Part shown: one piece after another, positions 45,586-55,551 of the stretch
Layout: each line of letters opens with the position of its first letter
Position numbering within the stretch: position 1 is the first letter of the stretch
Assembly: GCA_022841445.1 (NCBI GenBank)
Contig: JALHRM010000006.1
Span: 1-61,336 of the forward strand
Source: Candidatus Saccharimonadota bacterium
GTDB lineage: Bacteria; Patescibacteriota; Saccharimonadia; Saccharimonadales; UBA10212
Direction of reading: 5' to 3'
Length of the DNA stretch: 61,336 bases
The notes under the pieces: model-generated
Told to the model about the DNA's origin: nothing
Seen by the model: only the letters and a program-made list of their open reading frames with translations
The model's database searches: none
Made by a program: the position numbers and the translations under genes

Positions 45586-46128
45586 TTAACGAGACAGCTC
45601 TGCGCCAACTTCAGTAGTAGATCTAACGGCTTGAATACCCTTTAATATACCTTCCGTCACACGATTAAAAACACTCAGCTCTGCTGTCGACAGCGAAGTA
45701 ATCATTGCATCTGGCTGTGTTGTACTCATTCGACTACTGGGACTACGCTCGATGCCCCTTATGCCAAGATGCCCTAAATAAGCCACAAACAGACCCGCAT
45801 TATTTCTCTCCAGTAAAAAATCTGGCCTTCGTTCTTCCGCACGACGTGCGGCAATTCTGCTTCCATAGGTAACTTCCAGTACACCTGCTCGCTCTGGAAG
45901 GTCAAAGGTAGTAACCTGACCCTCCATGCACGCTCCGTCGACACGAATTGTTAACGGATCTACGGATCCTACCACCCTAAACACATCCCCCCCATAGGTA
46001 CTAGAAGGAGCAACGTGCTCAAGCTGGCTATTGACGCCAAGGTCTAACCGCCAGATTTTGGTTTGTAATGCACTCCAAACATCACCGACCACCGCTGCTT
46101 CAGGAAATGCCTGTACTTGCTTGGGCAT
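45586..46128 (-). CDS. Hypothetical protein (180 aa)
   Basis: The ORF starts 10 nt downstream of the winged-helix gene and is probably co-transcribed with it. No motif recognised. Confidence 0.55.
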   Translation of the reverse strand: MPKQVQAFPEAAVVGDVWSALQTKIWRLDLGVNSQLEHVAPSSTYGGDVFRVVGSVDPLTIRVDGACMEGQVTTFDLPERAGVLEVTYGSRIAARRAEERRPDFLLERNNAGLFVAYLGHLGIRGIERSPSSRMSTTQPDAMITSLSTAELSVFNRVTEGILKGIQAVRSTTEVGAELSR

Positions 46129-46138
46129 TGCTTAATCC

Positions 46139-46426
46139 TTAGCGGCCGGCGCGCTTTTGAGTCATACGTTGTGACTTAAGCACGATACTTTGGAGTTCTT
46201 TAAAAATGATAAATTGCTTATTAGTGTAGTAGATCTTGGTGTTGGCTTGTTTTTCGGAAATTAGAAAGCCTATTTTTTCCAATCGCTTTAGCTCACGCTG
46301 GATATTGCCGGCATCTTCTTTGATAAGTTTAGCGAGTCCTCGTACGTGCGTTTTAAAATCAGGATATTTGGCATAGACGACTATGATCTTGCGACGAACT
46401 CGTGAAGTTATGAACGCATCCAACAT
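46139..46426 (-). CDS. Small winged-helix DNA-binding protein (ArsR/MarR-like fold)
   Basis: VRGLAKLIKEDAGNIQRELKRLEKIGFLISEKQANTKIYY fits an HTH plus wing pattern; 95 aa. Confidence 0.6.
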   Translation of the reverse strand: MLDAFITSRVRRKIIVVYAKYPDFKTHVRGLAKLIKEDAGNIQRELKRLEKIGFLISEKQANTKIYYTNKQFIIFKELQSIVLKSQRMTQKRAGR

Positions 46427-46565
46427 ACACTTTGACCTTCCCTTACATAAAGTTGCTCTGGTACGATTACCATAAACACCTTTATTGTTATCCTAACAAC
46501 ACTTATTATAATCACCTGCTAGTCGCTTTGCAAGTATGGCAATTTAAGTGTGTCAGAATAGTACC

Positions 46566-48512
46566 ATGCACTACTACGAAGTTTGGGTGGCCGACAGTAA
46601 ATACAAAGGCGTAAAGCCGCTTACTTACAGTTATGAGACTGAACTTTTACCTGGCACTGCCGTAACCTTACCGCTGCAGCAACGGACGGTATCCGGCTTC
46701 GTAGTTAAGCAAGTCGATGAACCGAGCTTTAAGCTCAAACCGTTATCAGCAGTCCTATCTGATAAGCCCATTCCTCACTATTATTTGCTGCTCGCAGAAT
46801 GGATGAGTGAATATTACGGTAGTTCTTTGGGTGACAGCATGCGCCTGCTGGCACCTAGCCAGCCGATAAAGCGCAAGTCTGCACTGGCAGAAGCACCAGA
46901 CTCGCAGTATAGCGCTTCACCCAATAATAAATTTACGCTGACTACAGACCAGCAGTCAGCCCTCACGTCTCTACAAAATGCTAATGCACAGACTATGCTA
47001 CTACACGGCGATACCGGCACCGGCAAGACCGAGCTTTACGTGCGGATTGCCGAAGATACAGTTGCTGCTGGTAAGTCCGTTCTGCTGCTTGTGCCTGAAA
47101 TTGCCCTGACCGCCCAATTAGTGAAATATTTTGAGCAGCGGCTGAGTACGCCAGTCATTAGTCTGCATTCCCACCTAAGTGTTTCCAAGCGCAAGAAGTT
47201 CTGGATGCAGATACTGGAATCAACTGAACCACAACTGATTATTGGTCCTCGTTCGGCTTTATTTGCGCCTATCACTAACCTCGGTCTAATTATTGTGGAT
47301 GAAGCTCACGAACCGGCATACAAGCAGGAACAACAGCCCTATTATCACGCTATAAGAGTAGCCAGTCGTTTATCAAATCTAAGTGGCGCTCAGCTAATAC
47401 TCGGTTCTGCTACCCCTGATGTTGTTGACTACTATATGGCTGAGCGAAAATCTTCTATTATCCGCATGCAACAAATTGCTCGCTCAGCTGATGCGCCCAC
47501 TGATGTCAAAGTAACTGTTGTCGACATCAAAGACCGCGGACAGTTCAGCAAAAGTTCTTTCTTGTCGGACGAACTGCTGGCTCAGGCTCGCCAGACGCTA
47601 TCTGCCGGGCAACAAGTTCTGTTTTACCTCAACCGCCGCGGTACTGCTCGAGTAATTCTATGTGAAAAATGTGCTTGGCAGTTACTGTGCCCGGCTTGTG
47701 ACGTACCAATGGTCTACCATGGCGATACCCACAAGGCCCGGTGTCACACCTGCGGTCAGCAGCAAACCCCGCCACATTCTTGCCCTAACTGTAAAAATCC
47801 GGAACTGGTTTATCGCGGAATTGGCACCAAGATGATTGAACAAAGCCTCGTTAAACTGTTTCCTGACAAAGTAATCATGCGCTTTGACGGCGACAACACC
47901 GAAGAAAACCAAGCCGAACGCCAATACGACAAACTACTCAGCGGCGAAGTGCAGATTATTGTTGGAACCCAGATGATGGCCAAAGGCTTTGACCTACCCA
48001 AGCTTGGTATGGTCGGTATTGTTGTAGCCGACACACCACTATTCCTCCCGGACTACCGTGCTAATGAAAGAACCTACCAGCTTTTGACTCAGGTTATGGG
48101 TCGAGTTGGGCGAGGTCATGGTAAAGCCACAGTTGTACTACAGACCTACCAACCGGAAAATCAGGCCATAAGCGCAGCCATCAATCGAGATTGGCAGTCC
48201 TTTTATGAGGCCGAAATCAAGGAACGCCGCAACTACCACTACCCACCATTTCGCTATGTACTGAAGTTGATCTGCCGCAGAAAAACCCAAAAAGGCGCAA
48301 CTAGCGCCAGTGAAAAGCTGGCTGCTGAGTTAGCCAGAACTTATAGGGGAATCGAGATAAGCAGTCCCACTCCAGCGTTTTTTGAAAAACAGCACGGCAA
48401 TTACACCTGGCATATTATCGTCCGCAGCCCGCTACGGCCTCGTTTGGTCGAAATCAGCCGAAACCTGCCCTCCGGTTGGGTTGCCGACCTCGACCCCGTA
48501 AACCTATTATAG
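46566..48512 (+). CDS. priA: Primosomal protein N' (PriA helicase)
   Basis: Walker A LLHGDTGTGKTE, DEAH box IIVDEAHEPAYKQ, and Zn-binding CEKCAWQLLCPACDVPMVYH...CHTCG...CPNCKN. The ATG at 46566 (MHYYEVWV) is preferred over the track's GTG at 46548. Confidence 0.9.
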   Translation: MHYYEVWVADSKYKGVKPLTYSYETELLPGTAVTLPLQQRTVSGFVVKQVDEPSFKLKPLSAVLSDKPIPHYYLLLAEWMSEYYGSSLGDSMRLLAPSQPIKRKSALAEAPDSQYSASPNNKFTLTTDQQSALTSLQNANAQTMLLHGDTGTGKTELYVRIAEDTVAAGKSVLLLVPEIALTAQLVKYFEQRLSTPVISLHSHLSVSKRKKFWMQILESTEPQLIIGPRSALFAPITNLGLIIVDEAHEPAYKQEQQPYYHAIRVASRLSNLSGAQLILGSATPDVVDYYMAERKSSIIRMQQIARSADAPTDVKVTVVDIKDRGQFSKSSFLSDELLAQARQTLSAGQQVLFYLNRRGTARVILCEKCAWQLLCPACDVPMVYHGDTHKARCHTCGQQQTPPHSCPNCKNPELVYRGIGTKMIEQSLVKLFPDKVIMRFDGDNTEENQAERQYDKLLSGEVQIIVGTQMMAKGFDLPKLGMVGIVVADTPLFLPDYRANERTYQLLTQVMGRVGRGHGKATVVLQTYQPENQAISAAINRDWQSFYEAEIKERRNYHYPPFRYVLKLICRRKTQKGATSASEKLAAELARTYRGIEISSPTPAFFEKQHGNYTWHIIVRSPLRPRLVEISRNLPSGWVADLDPVNLL

Positions 48513-48550
48513 CCAAAATTACAGAGGTGCGGTATACTGCTTCAGAACTT

Positions 48551-49126
48551 ATGAGCGCCAAAGACACCATCATCACCCTCCCGAACAAGCACCTCCGTGA
48601 ATCTTCACAGAAAATCGCGAAGATCGACAAGGTAGTGCTCGATGTTATAGGCAAAATGAAGCAAGCCACCCTTGACTGGGAAGATTCCCGTAAACATGAG
48701 CTCGGTGTCGCCCTGGCTGCCGTTCAAATAGATCACATGCAGCGCATTGTCATTATCCGCGACAACTTTGATGACAAATCTAACCGCAACTTTCAGATAT
48801 TTATTAACCCGGAAATTACCAAAAAAGAAGGCGAAATTGTCGAGGATTTTGAAGGCTGCTTGAGCATAAAGGATGTTTATGGCAAAGTCCCCCGCCACTT
48901 CAAGGTACGTATCAAGGCGTTGAACGAAAAAGGCCAAGAAGTACGCATTAAGGCTGAGGGCTTTTTAGCTCGCGTCTTTCAGCACGAGATAGACCATACT
49001 AATGGTATCGTCTATATTGACCATATAAAGAATAAGCGTGATAATTTTTACCACATCAATGATGACGGAAAGCTAGACCCGCTCGATTATGACGAATCAA
49101 TCAAAAAAAATAGTCTTCTTTGGTAA
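48551..49126 (+). CDS. def: Peptide deformylase
   Basis: Motifs GVALAAVQI, EGCLS and QHEIDH. The ATG at 48551 (MSAKDTIITLPNKHLR) is preferred over the longer track ORF, which overlaps priA. Confidence 0.9.
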   Translation: MSAKDTIITLPNKHLRESSQKIAKIDKVVLDVIGKMKQATLDWEDSRKHELGVALAAVQIDHMQRIVIIRDNFDDKSNRNFQIFINPEITKKEGEIVEDFEGCLSIKDVYGKVPRHFKVRIKALNEKGQEVRIKAEGFLARVFQHEIDHTNGIVYIDHIKNKRDNFYHINDDGKLDPLDYDESIKKNSLLW

Positions 49127-50018
49127 CGAACGCCTAGCTACTGGTGTCAGAAGCAGCACGCCGACTCTCATAAAACTAATTGAAAACGGTTACGAAATTT
49201 CTGCTCTTGTATTGAATCAAAGATTCGTACACTCAAGATCAGATCGTGATCCGGAAATTATAAAAATAGCTGCACGATATGACATACCAATACTAAGTCC
49301 TGACATACCAGGTGGGCTAATCGAGAAACTTAGCAATACGAGGGCTGATATCGGTGTCCTCGTAGCCTTCGGACGGATAGTCCCCAAAGGGCTTATAGAC
49401 CTATTCCCATATGGAATTATAAATGTTCACCCTTCTCTACTTCCGAAACACCGCGGCTCTACGCCAATAGAAAGCGTCATCCTTAGTGGTGATGCCCAAA
49501 CCGGCGTTTCCATCATGCAGTTAGCTGAAACCATGGACAGTGGACCGGTTTTTAGTCAGAGAGTGATTGAGTTAACGGGCAAAGAATCAAAACAGGAACT
49601 ATCAGATGCGCTTAGTGAACTTGGAAGTACTATGATAATTGAAGTTCTTCCAAAAGTACTTGAAGGAACATCTACCCAAAATGAGCAGAACGAATCAGAA
49701 GCAACGTTCGATAAACTTATCAATAAAGCCGATGGTGAAGTTAATTGGAGTAAATCAGCAATACAAATTGAACGGGAAATTCGAGCGTTTGCTGGCTGGC
49801 CGAAAAGCTACACCAAACTTGGTGATGTCAAGTTAGTCATCATAAAAGCTAACGTTGTTGAAAATTCATCATTATCTTCCGGTGAAATAGATATAACAGA
49901 TGGGTTGCTGGTAGGTTGTGGTCAAAATGCGCTTCGTATACATGAACTGAAACCGGCCGGTAAAAACAATATGGATGCAAGCGCATTCATTGCAGGCTAC
50001 AGAAATCGAATTACATAA
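49089..50018 (+). CDS. fmt: Methionyl-tRNA formyltransferase
   Basis: KIVFFGNERLA, the SLLP motif INVHPSLLPKHRGSTPIE, and a C-terminal beta-barrel. It overlaps the def 3' end by 38 nt. Confidence 0.9.
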   Translation: MTNQSKKIVFFGNERLATGVRSSTPTLIKLIENGYEISALVLNQRFVHSRSDRDPEIIKIAARYDIPILSPDIPGGLIEKLSNTRADIGVLVAFGRIVPKGLIDLFPYGIINVHPSLLPKHRGSTPIESVILSGDAQTGVSIMQLAETMDSGPVFSQRVIELTGKESKQELSDALSELGSTMIIEVLPKVLEGTSTQNEQNESEATFDKLINKADGEVNWSKSAIQIEREIRAFAGWPKSYTKLGDVKLVIIKANVVENSSLSSGEIDITDGLLVGCGQNALRIHELKPAGKNNMDASAFIAGYRNRIT

Positions 50019-50031
50019 CTTCTACTATCTA

Positions 50032-50706
50032 CTAGGATTGAGTCGATGGTGTTTGTGGCGGTAGGCCGTCTTGTTGTGGATCAACATAAGGTTGTGGTTG
50101 GGCTGGCGGTGCGTACTGCGAGGGTTGAGTATAAGGGTCTGTGCTTTGTGTAGATTGCTGAGGTGAAGCCTGATGCTGTGGTTGCAGGGTTGGATCGGGT
50201 TGAGCGCCGGGAACTTGTGCCGGCTGCTGGTATGCTTGCGCTTGAGGTTGTACTGCATGAGCTTGAGCGGCAGCAATAATCTGTGGGGCTTGAGTTTTAA
50301 TCTCATTCTTTAGCTTATCAAGCTCATCAGCTACTACCTGCTTATAATCCGGGAAGTTAGTCTCCAGCCAACGAAGTGCGGCATATTCAGGAATAATCGC
50401 ATCAGGGTTAAACTGCCGACCAGCACGCTGTGCCGCCTGCTCGGCCTGAGTGCGCTGGGTGACAAAATCCTGGGCTTGTTCCCAACCCGGAAAACCGGCG
50501 TTTAAGTAGTCACGAGCAACATTGATATCGCCGTTTACAAACCCTTCGAACTCATTTAACTGGTCGTCGCTCATCTGTTCTGCCAAACGCATCCCGACAC
50601 GAAGTTCTAGTGTTTCGTAAATATGACCGAGCATGCTGGACTTATCCTGAGCGGGTAGCCCACCAAGGCCTAGTTCCTGCAGTAAGTTATCGTCAAGCTT
50701 AAACAT
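50032..50706 (-). CDS. Hypothetical protein with helical N-domain and Q/P-rich tail (DUF5663-like from memory)
   Basis: MFKLDDNLLQELGLGGLPAQDKSSMLGHIYETLELRVGMRLAEQMSDDQLNEFE, followed by low-complexity QPQAQAYQQPAQVPGAQPDP.... Confidence 0.6.
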   Translation of the reverse strand: MFKLDDNLLQELGLGGLPAQDKSSMLGHIYETLELRVGMRLAEQMSDDQLNEFEGFVNGDINVARDYLNAGFPGWEQAQDFVTQRTQAEQAAQRAGRQFNPDAIIPEYAALRWLETNFPDYKQVVADELDKLKNEIKTQAPQIIAAAQAHAVQPQAQAYQQPAQVPGAQPDPTLQPQHQASPQQSTQSTDPYTQPSQYAPPAQPQPYVDPQQDGLPPQTPSTQS

Positions 50707-50830
50707 TGATTTGTATCCTTTTAATTAATTATACAAGCTTACACCTATCACCTGCAAAACTTCTTTAAAAGTTTTTATGATTATAATAAAAATTTGTTAT
50801 TTATAATAATATGTTATACGCTATCAATCA

Positions 50831-51478
50831 ATGAATTTACAGAGTCCGAGACAACCTGGCTTATTACCTATTAGCCGTCGACCAAGTGTTAGACTGTGCT
50901 TGGCTTTAGCCTCTGCCGGTATAGCCAGTTCTTTCGTGCCGGAACAACTGGCTGCGGTGTCGCCCGCTATTAATGGAGCAGTCGTATCTAGTTCAGCCGA
51001 TTTATATACTAAATCAGATGCATTTACACCAACACTCACCCCTGCTGTTTTAGCACCAACTGATCAATCAATTACTAGCACTCAAAAGAGTAACGAAATA
51101 CCATTTTGCAGTATACCGCCACAAAAACACCGTTTTGAGGTCGTGAATAGACGCCAAGGCCGGATTCGCTCCATTGTTCATACGGCAGTGCAGAGCTGCT
51201 ACGGTGATTTTCACCGTCAAGGAATTGATTTACCGATAGAAGCATACGATAAAGATCATAATTTAATCGGTGGAACACCTGGCGTAAACTACAGCCAGGA
51301 ACGACAACGAAGAAGAACAACAAAGACAACATCAATATACCGATGTGCTCCAGTGGGAAAACGACAAATGACGACTTTTTTCACCGAAATGAAACCATGG
51401 ATTATTGAAAAAGAAGGTGGCAGCAAAAAAGGTCCGGGTGTCGATTCGGCTCAGTTTGGTTTGCGCGTGATGTGCTAA
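50831..51478 (+). CDS. Hypothetical secreted protein
   Basis: ATG-initiated 215-aa ORF downstream of an AT-rich region with TATAAT-like boxes. The signal-like N-terminus is RLCLALASAGIASSF. No family recognised. Confidence 0.5.
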   Translation: MNLQSPRQPGLLPISRRPSVRLCLALASAGIASSFVPEQLAAVSPAINGAVVSSSADLYTKSDAFTPTLTPAVLAPTDQSITSTQKSNEIPFCSIPPQKHRFEVVNRRQGRIRSIVHTAVQSCYGDFHRQGIDLPIEAYDKDHNLIGGTPGVNYSQERQRRRTTKTTSIYRCAPVGKRQMTTFFTEMKPWIIEKEGGSKKGPGVDSAQFGLRVMC

Positions 51479-52050
51479 GCGGTGACCATAGCTGACACTG
51501 CATGAGCATATATACTAACTGATTCCTCAACCCTACTAAGTGAACGACTTAAATCTCGTGCGTCGGGTCTAGCAACAACCTCTCTGGCATATACTTCTCC
51601 TTGCACAAGAGCGGTCTGTGCGGTCATGGGATTATCCTCACCAAGTAAATAGTCAACCTCAGCAGCAGGAAAATACTCAGCCATATGTATCCATTCCGCC
51701 CCCAAATAACTTGCGCTTTCCTCTGTTACATCTATACCCCCGCAAAGATAGCTAAGCCGAAGATAGATTGCCGGCATACGCCGAGTCATGGAATCTTCCA
51801 CCACTTGAACAGCAGGAGTATGCAACATTAAACTGCCAGTATCCCCCTCTTGACTATCGCCAATCAAAGCAATAACGCCTAGTTCTAAAGCCCGCCATCT
51901 ACTTTCCTGTCGCTCACTACGCTGACTACAGGATGCCCTGTCACTAATGTCGATTGCTGGTACAACCCAATCAGAACCGTTTATCCCTCTCCCTCTCTCC
52001 AGGTATCTTACCCGGCGTCGAGAAGTATATACTGCTTCTTCTATAGTCAT
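51475..52050 (-). CDS. Hypothetical protein (191 aa)
   Basis: ORF 18 nt downstream of infB on the same strand. It ends convergently against 50831..51478 with a 4-nt overlap. No motif recognised. Confidence 0.55.
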   Translation of the reverse strand: MTIEEAVYTSRRRVRYLERGRGINGSDWVVPAIDISDRASCSQRSERQESRWRALELGVIALIGDSQEGDTGSLMLHTPAVQVVEDSMTRRMPAIYLRLSYLCGGIDVTEESASYLGAEWIHMAEYFPAAEVDYLLGEDNPMTAQTALVQGEVYAREVVARPDARDLSRSLSRVEESVSIYAHAVSAMVTA

Positions 52051-52068
52051 TTGAATATCTTGCCCTAC

Positions 52069-53832
52069 TTAGAGTGTTCTGGTTTTGGCTTCGCGGGTAA
52101 AGAGTTCGATGTGGTCACCTTCTTGGACTTCCACGCGCTTGGTACTCTTAAAACTAAGACCGCACATTTCGCCCTCAACCACTTCTTTGGTTTCTTGTGG
52201 ACCACGTTTTAATATAACTACTTCGACTTCTGCCAAAACATTTTTATCTCTTACCACCCGTGCCAGTGCCGGGACGGTTAATTTGCCTTTGGTGACTTCT
52301 CCGCCACAGATGACTTCGTTCTTGGTGATTTTGAAGATGCCTTTTACTACTAAGCGGCCAAGTTCAGTTTCGACGATTTCGGGGCTCAGCAGTGACTCAA
52401 GTTCGTTCTTTACATCGTCAATAAGCTCATAAATAATGCTGTAAAGCCGCACGGGCACTTTGTCTCGGGCAGCGAGAACTTTACTGCTGGCAGGCAGGCT
52501 GACATGGAAACCATAAATAATCGCGTTACTGGTCGCGGCCATATGAAGGTCATTTTCGTTGACTGGTCCAATGCCTGAACCGACAATTCGCACCGCGACT
52601 TCGTCGGTATCCATAGTCTTTAGGCTGTCAATAACGGAAGTAAGTGAGCCCTGCACATCAGCTTTTACGATAATGTTAAGTTCTTGCAGCTCGTTACTAC
52701 GCGAGATGATTCGAAGTAGTTCTCCGCTACTCATGGCCGTCAAACTACCTTCGCGAGCAAGTTGAGCCGAAGCCTGCGCCTGCTGACGGGCAGCTTTTTC
52801 GTTAGCTTGGGCGGTAAATTCATCACCAAATTCCGGCAAGTTCTTCAACCCGGTAATGACAACCGGTGTCGATGGTCCAGCAGTCTTGAGTGGTTTGCCA
52901 TCTGTTGCCTCCAGATTACGTATTTTACCGTAGGTGTTGCCAACCAGAATGAAACTTCCGGGTTTTAGTACGCCATGTTCTACCAAAGCAATGGCCACTG
53001 GTCCACGGCCTTGTTCCATGTGTGATTCGATAATTAAGCCCTGGGCTGGTACGTCGATGTCCGCTTTAAGCTCTTCCACATCAGCAACGAGCAGTATCAT
53101 ATCCAGAAGTTCCGGCAATCCTTCTTTGGATTTGGCCGATACCGGCATAATGATCGTGTCACCACCCCAGTCTTCTGGCAGCAGTTCGTTTTCAGCCAGT
53201 TGTTGCTTGAGTCGATTAATGTCGGCTTCGGGCTTGTCTACCTTGTTGGCGGCAATAATCATCTTGACGCCGGCCTTACGAGCAAAGCGAATTGCCTCGA
53301 GTGTTTGTGGTTTGATCCCATCATCTGCTGCAATAACGACCACTACCACGTCGGTTAGAGAAGCACCATGCTCGCGTAGCGCTGCAAAGGCTTCATGGCC
53401 AGGTGTATCAAGAAATGTTATTGAACGGTCTTTGTGCTTGATCTGGTAGGCGGATATATGCTGGGTGATGCCACCGGCTTCGCCCTTAACAATTTCGGCA
53501 GTGCGAATGGCATCAAGCAAGCTGGTTTTGCCGTGGTCGACATGACCCATGACCGCCACAACTGGTGGGCGCGTTTCGGCCTTGTCACTAACGACGTGTT
53601 TTTCGCGCTGAGCAACCACCACCTCGGTGGCCTTTTTCTTTTCAAGTTCAACTTCAAGACCAAGTTCACCGACAATTATCTGAGCGGTGTCAAAGTCAAT
53701 CTTTTCATTAACAGTAGCCAAAACCCCGTTCTTAAAAAGTTCGGTTATTAGCTTACTGACGGGCAAACTAAGGAGTTCCGCCAAAGCGCCAACGGTAATA
53801 CTTTCGTCAATTTCGATGACTCGTGCTGACAT
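52069..53832 (-). CDS. infB: Translation initiation factor IF-2 (short form)
   Basis: G-domain VVAVMGHVDHGKTSLLD, DTPGHEAF and ANKVDK. The C-terminal domains are conserved; 587 aa. Confidence 0.95.
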   Translation of the reverse strand: MSARVIEIDESITVGALAELLSLPVSKLITELFKNGVLATVNEKIDFDTAQIIVGELGLEVELEKKKATEVVVAQREKHVVSDKAETRPPVVAVMGHVDHGKTSLLDAIRTAEIVKGEAGGITQHISAYQIKHKDRSITFLDTPGHEAFAALREHGASLTDVVVVVIAADDGIKPQTLEAIRFARKAGVKMIIAANKVDKPEADINRLKQQLAENELLPEDWGGDTIIMPVSAKSKEGLPELLDMILLVADVEELKADIDVPAQGLIIESHMEQGRGPVAIALVEHGVLKPGSFILVGNTYGKIRNLEATDGKPLKTAGPSTPVVITGLKNLPEFGDEFTAQANEKAARQQAQASAQLAREGSLTAMSSGELLRIISRSNELQELNIIVKADVQGSLTSVIDSLKTMDTDEVAVRIVGSGIGPVNENDLHMAATSNAIIYGFHVSLPASSKVLAARDKVPVRLYSIIYELIDDVKNELESLLSPEIVETELGRLVVKGIFKITKNEVICGGEVTKGKLTVPALARVVRDKNVLAEVEVVILKRGPQETKEVVEGEMCGLSFKSTKRVEVQEGDHIELFTREAKTRTL

Positions 53833-53868
53833 AGCGTGACTCCTTTCTTGCTACACATCTGTGAGCAG

Positions 53869-54930
53869 TTAGTTTGCGTCTTTCAGGCTAAGGGCAATCT
53901 TGCGGTTTTCGGTGTCGATGTCGAGGACTTTGAACTTCTTCTTCTCATTTAATTTGAACAGTTTTTCCGGATCGACGCTCTCGTCGTTACTCATTTCGGA
54001 TACATGCACCAAGGCCTCTACGGCAGATGAAAGTTGCACAAATGCGCCGAATGGAGTGATACGGGTAATCTTACCTTCAACCATTTCGCCAACCTTGAAG
54101 TTCTTTACCTCGGATAGCCATGGATCTTCACTAAGCTGCTTAATACTAAGGCTCAAGCGATCCTTATCAATGGCGATGATCTTAGCCTGAATGGTTTGAC
54201 CGTTCTTGACGTACTTGCGAGGGTCTTCGACACGCTCCCAAGAAATCTCGGAAATGTGAATCAACCCTTCAATACCGGAAACGTTCACGAAAGCTCCGAA
54301 GTCAATGACGCCTGTTACCAAACCTTCGACGCTATCGCCGACCTTGAGTTCAGTTAATCGTGAAGCCATGTCGTCCTTGACGGCTTCTTTTTCAGAAAAA
54401 ATGAGCTTGTTGTCCTTGCGACTGACATCCAAGATGCGGGTACGGATCGGTTTACCAACTAGGCTGTTGAGCTTCTGTAAAATCTCGTCTTTGTCAGCGC
54501 CAGATACGCGTGGATAGTGTTCGGCAGCCAGCTGCGAAACCGGCAGGAATCCACGGATACCTTCTAGCTCGACCAACATACCACCTCGATTGGCATCATA
54601 AGCGGTTACTTCGACAATTTCCTGGTCGTCGAACATACGCTGCAGTTCGTCCCAGCCACGGTCTTTAGCGGCGCGGCGCATCGACAAGTAGGCGTGGCCT
54701 TCATCGAGTTCGGGTTCAATGACGCTAGCGGTAATTGTCTGACCTTCTTCTAGTTGCTGATGGCCGACTTCACGGCGTGATACAACTCCGACACCACGGG
54801 CACCTAGGTCAATCCAGACTTCGTGTTTGCGAACAGATGTCACAACACCTTCGATGACATCGCCCGCCTTTAATTGCTCAATTTCTTCGTTGGACGCGAG
54901 CAGTTCGTCCATAGTTATGCTCTTTGACAT
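53869..54930 (-). CDS. rpsA: 30S ribosomal protein S1 (four S1 domains)
   Basis: Four OB/S1 repeats: GDVIEGVVTSV, IVEVTAYDANRGGMLVEL, GDSVEGLVTGVIDFGAFVNV and GEMVEGKITRITPFGAFVQL. A GGAGG Shine-Dalgarno is present. Confidence 0.85.
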   Translation of the reverse strand: MSKSITMDELLASNEEIEQLKAGDVIEGVVTSVRKHEVWIDLGARGVGVVSRREVGHQQLEEGQTITASVIEPELDEGHAYLSMRRAAKDRGWDELQRMFDDQEIVEVTAYDANRGGMLVELEGIRGFLPVSQLAAEHYPRVSGADKDEILQKLNSLVGKPIRTRILDVSRKDNKLIFSEKEAVKDDMASRLTELKVGDSVEGLVTGVIDFGAFVNVSGIEGLIHISEISWERVEDPRKYVKNGQTIQAKIIAIDKDRLSLSIKQLSEDPWLSEVKNFKVGEMVEGKITRITPFGAFVQLSSAVEALVHVSEMSNDESVDPEKLFKLNEKKKFKVLDIDTENRKIALSLKDAN

Positions 54931-55000
54931 GATAATTCATGCCTCCTTCAGTATTCTCACGGCAACTCGTAAGCTGTTATTCCGTTCAGACTTAAGAAAA

Positions 55001-55029
55001 ATTATATCTGTTCTTTCTCTGTAAGTAAA
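55001..55029 (-). promoter_or_regulatory. Candidate promoter for rpsA-infB
   Basis: The minus strand reads TTTACT-N17-TATAAT, about 70 nt upstream of the rpsA ATG. This is a sequence match only. Confidence 0.35.
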
Positions 55030-55058
55030 GCTCCGGCCAGACTCCCGAGCGCCCCACC

Positions 55059-55445
55059 CTAGCGATGATTGGGAGCAATACCCTCCGCACGTCTTACCAA
55101 CCTGCTTTTGCCGGCATCAATCGCTCTTATATCAGAGCGTTCCTGAAATACCATAACTATGGTAACTGCGGTGGCTATGGCTGCAAGCGAAAAACTAGTG
55201 GCTAAGACACTTTGCCCAATATAGTCCGGCGTAGTTTCTCTAGTTGCTGCTGACGCAATCAGCGAACCGCTCATCAGTACTGCGCATGCACCCAGCCTCG
55301 CCTGAATGCGGTTCACTATAGAGCCCCGAAGCTCGGTATCCGATAACTCCCGTATTCGTCTTCTTGGCTCAAGATTGCGCTCCAGAATCTGTCGCAAATT
55401 AGTAGTATCATCTAGATTTTGTCGATTCGTAAATTCCAGTCCCAT
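55059..55445 (-). CDS. Hypothetical two-TM membrane protein
   Basis: 128-aa ORF with hydrophobic segments LGACAVLMSGSLIASAA and VLATSFSLAAIATAVTIVMVF. Confidence 0.5.
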   Translation of the reverse strand: MGLEFTNRQNLDDTTNLRQILERNLEPRRRIRELSDTELRGSIVNRIQARLGACAVLMSGSLIASAATRETTPDYIGQSVLATSFSLAAIATAVTIVMVFQERSDIRAIDAGKSRLVRRAEGIAPNHR

Positions 55446-55551
55446 AAGTTTCTATTTTTACAATATTTGTAAGAGTTTTGTCAAAATATCCTGCCGAGAA
55501 TTCGTAAGACTTTATTGGAAATGACCGATATTCACCGTATACTTGAGTGTA

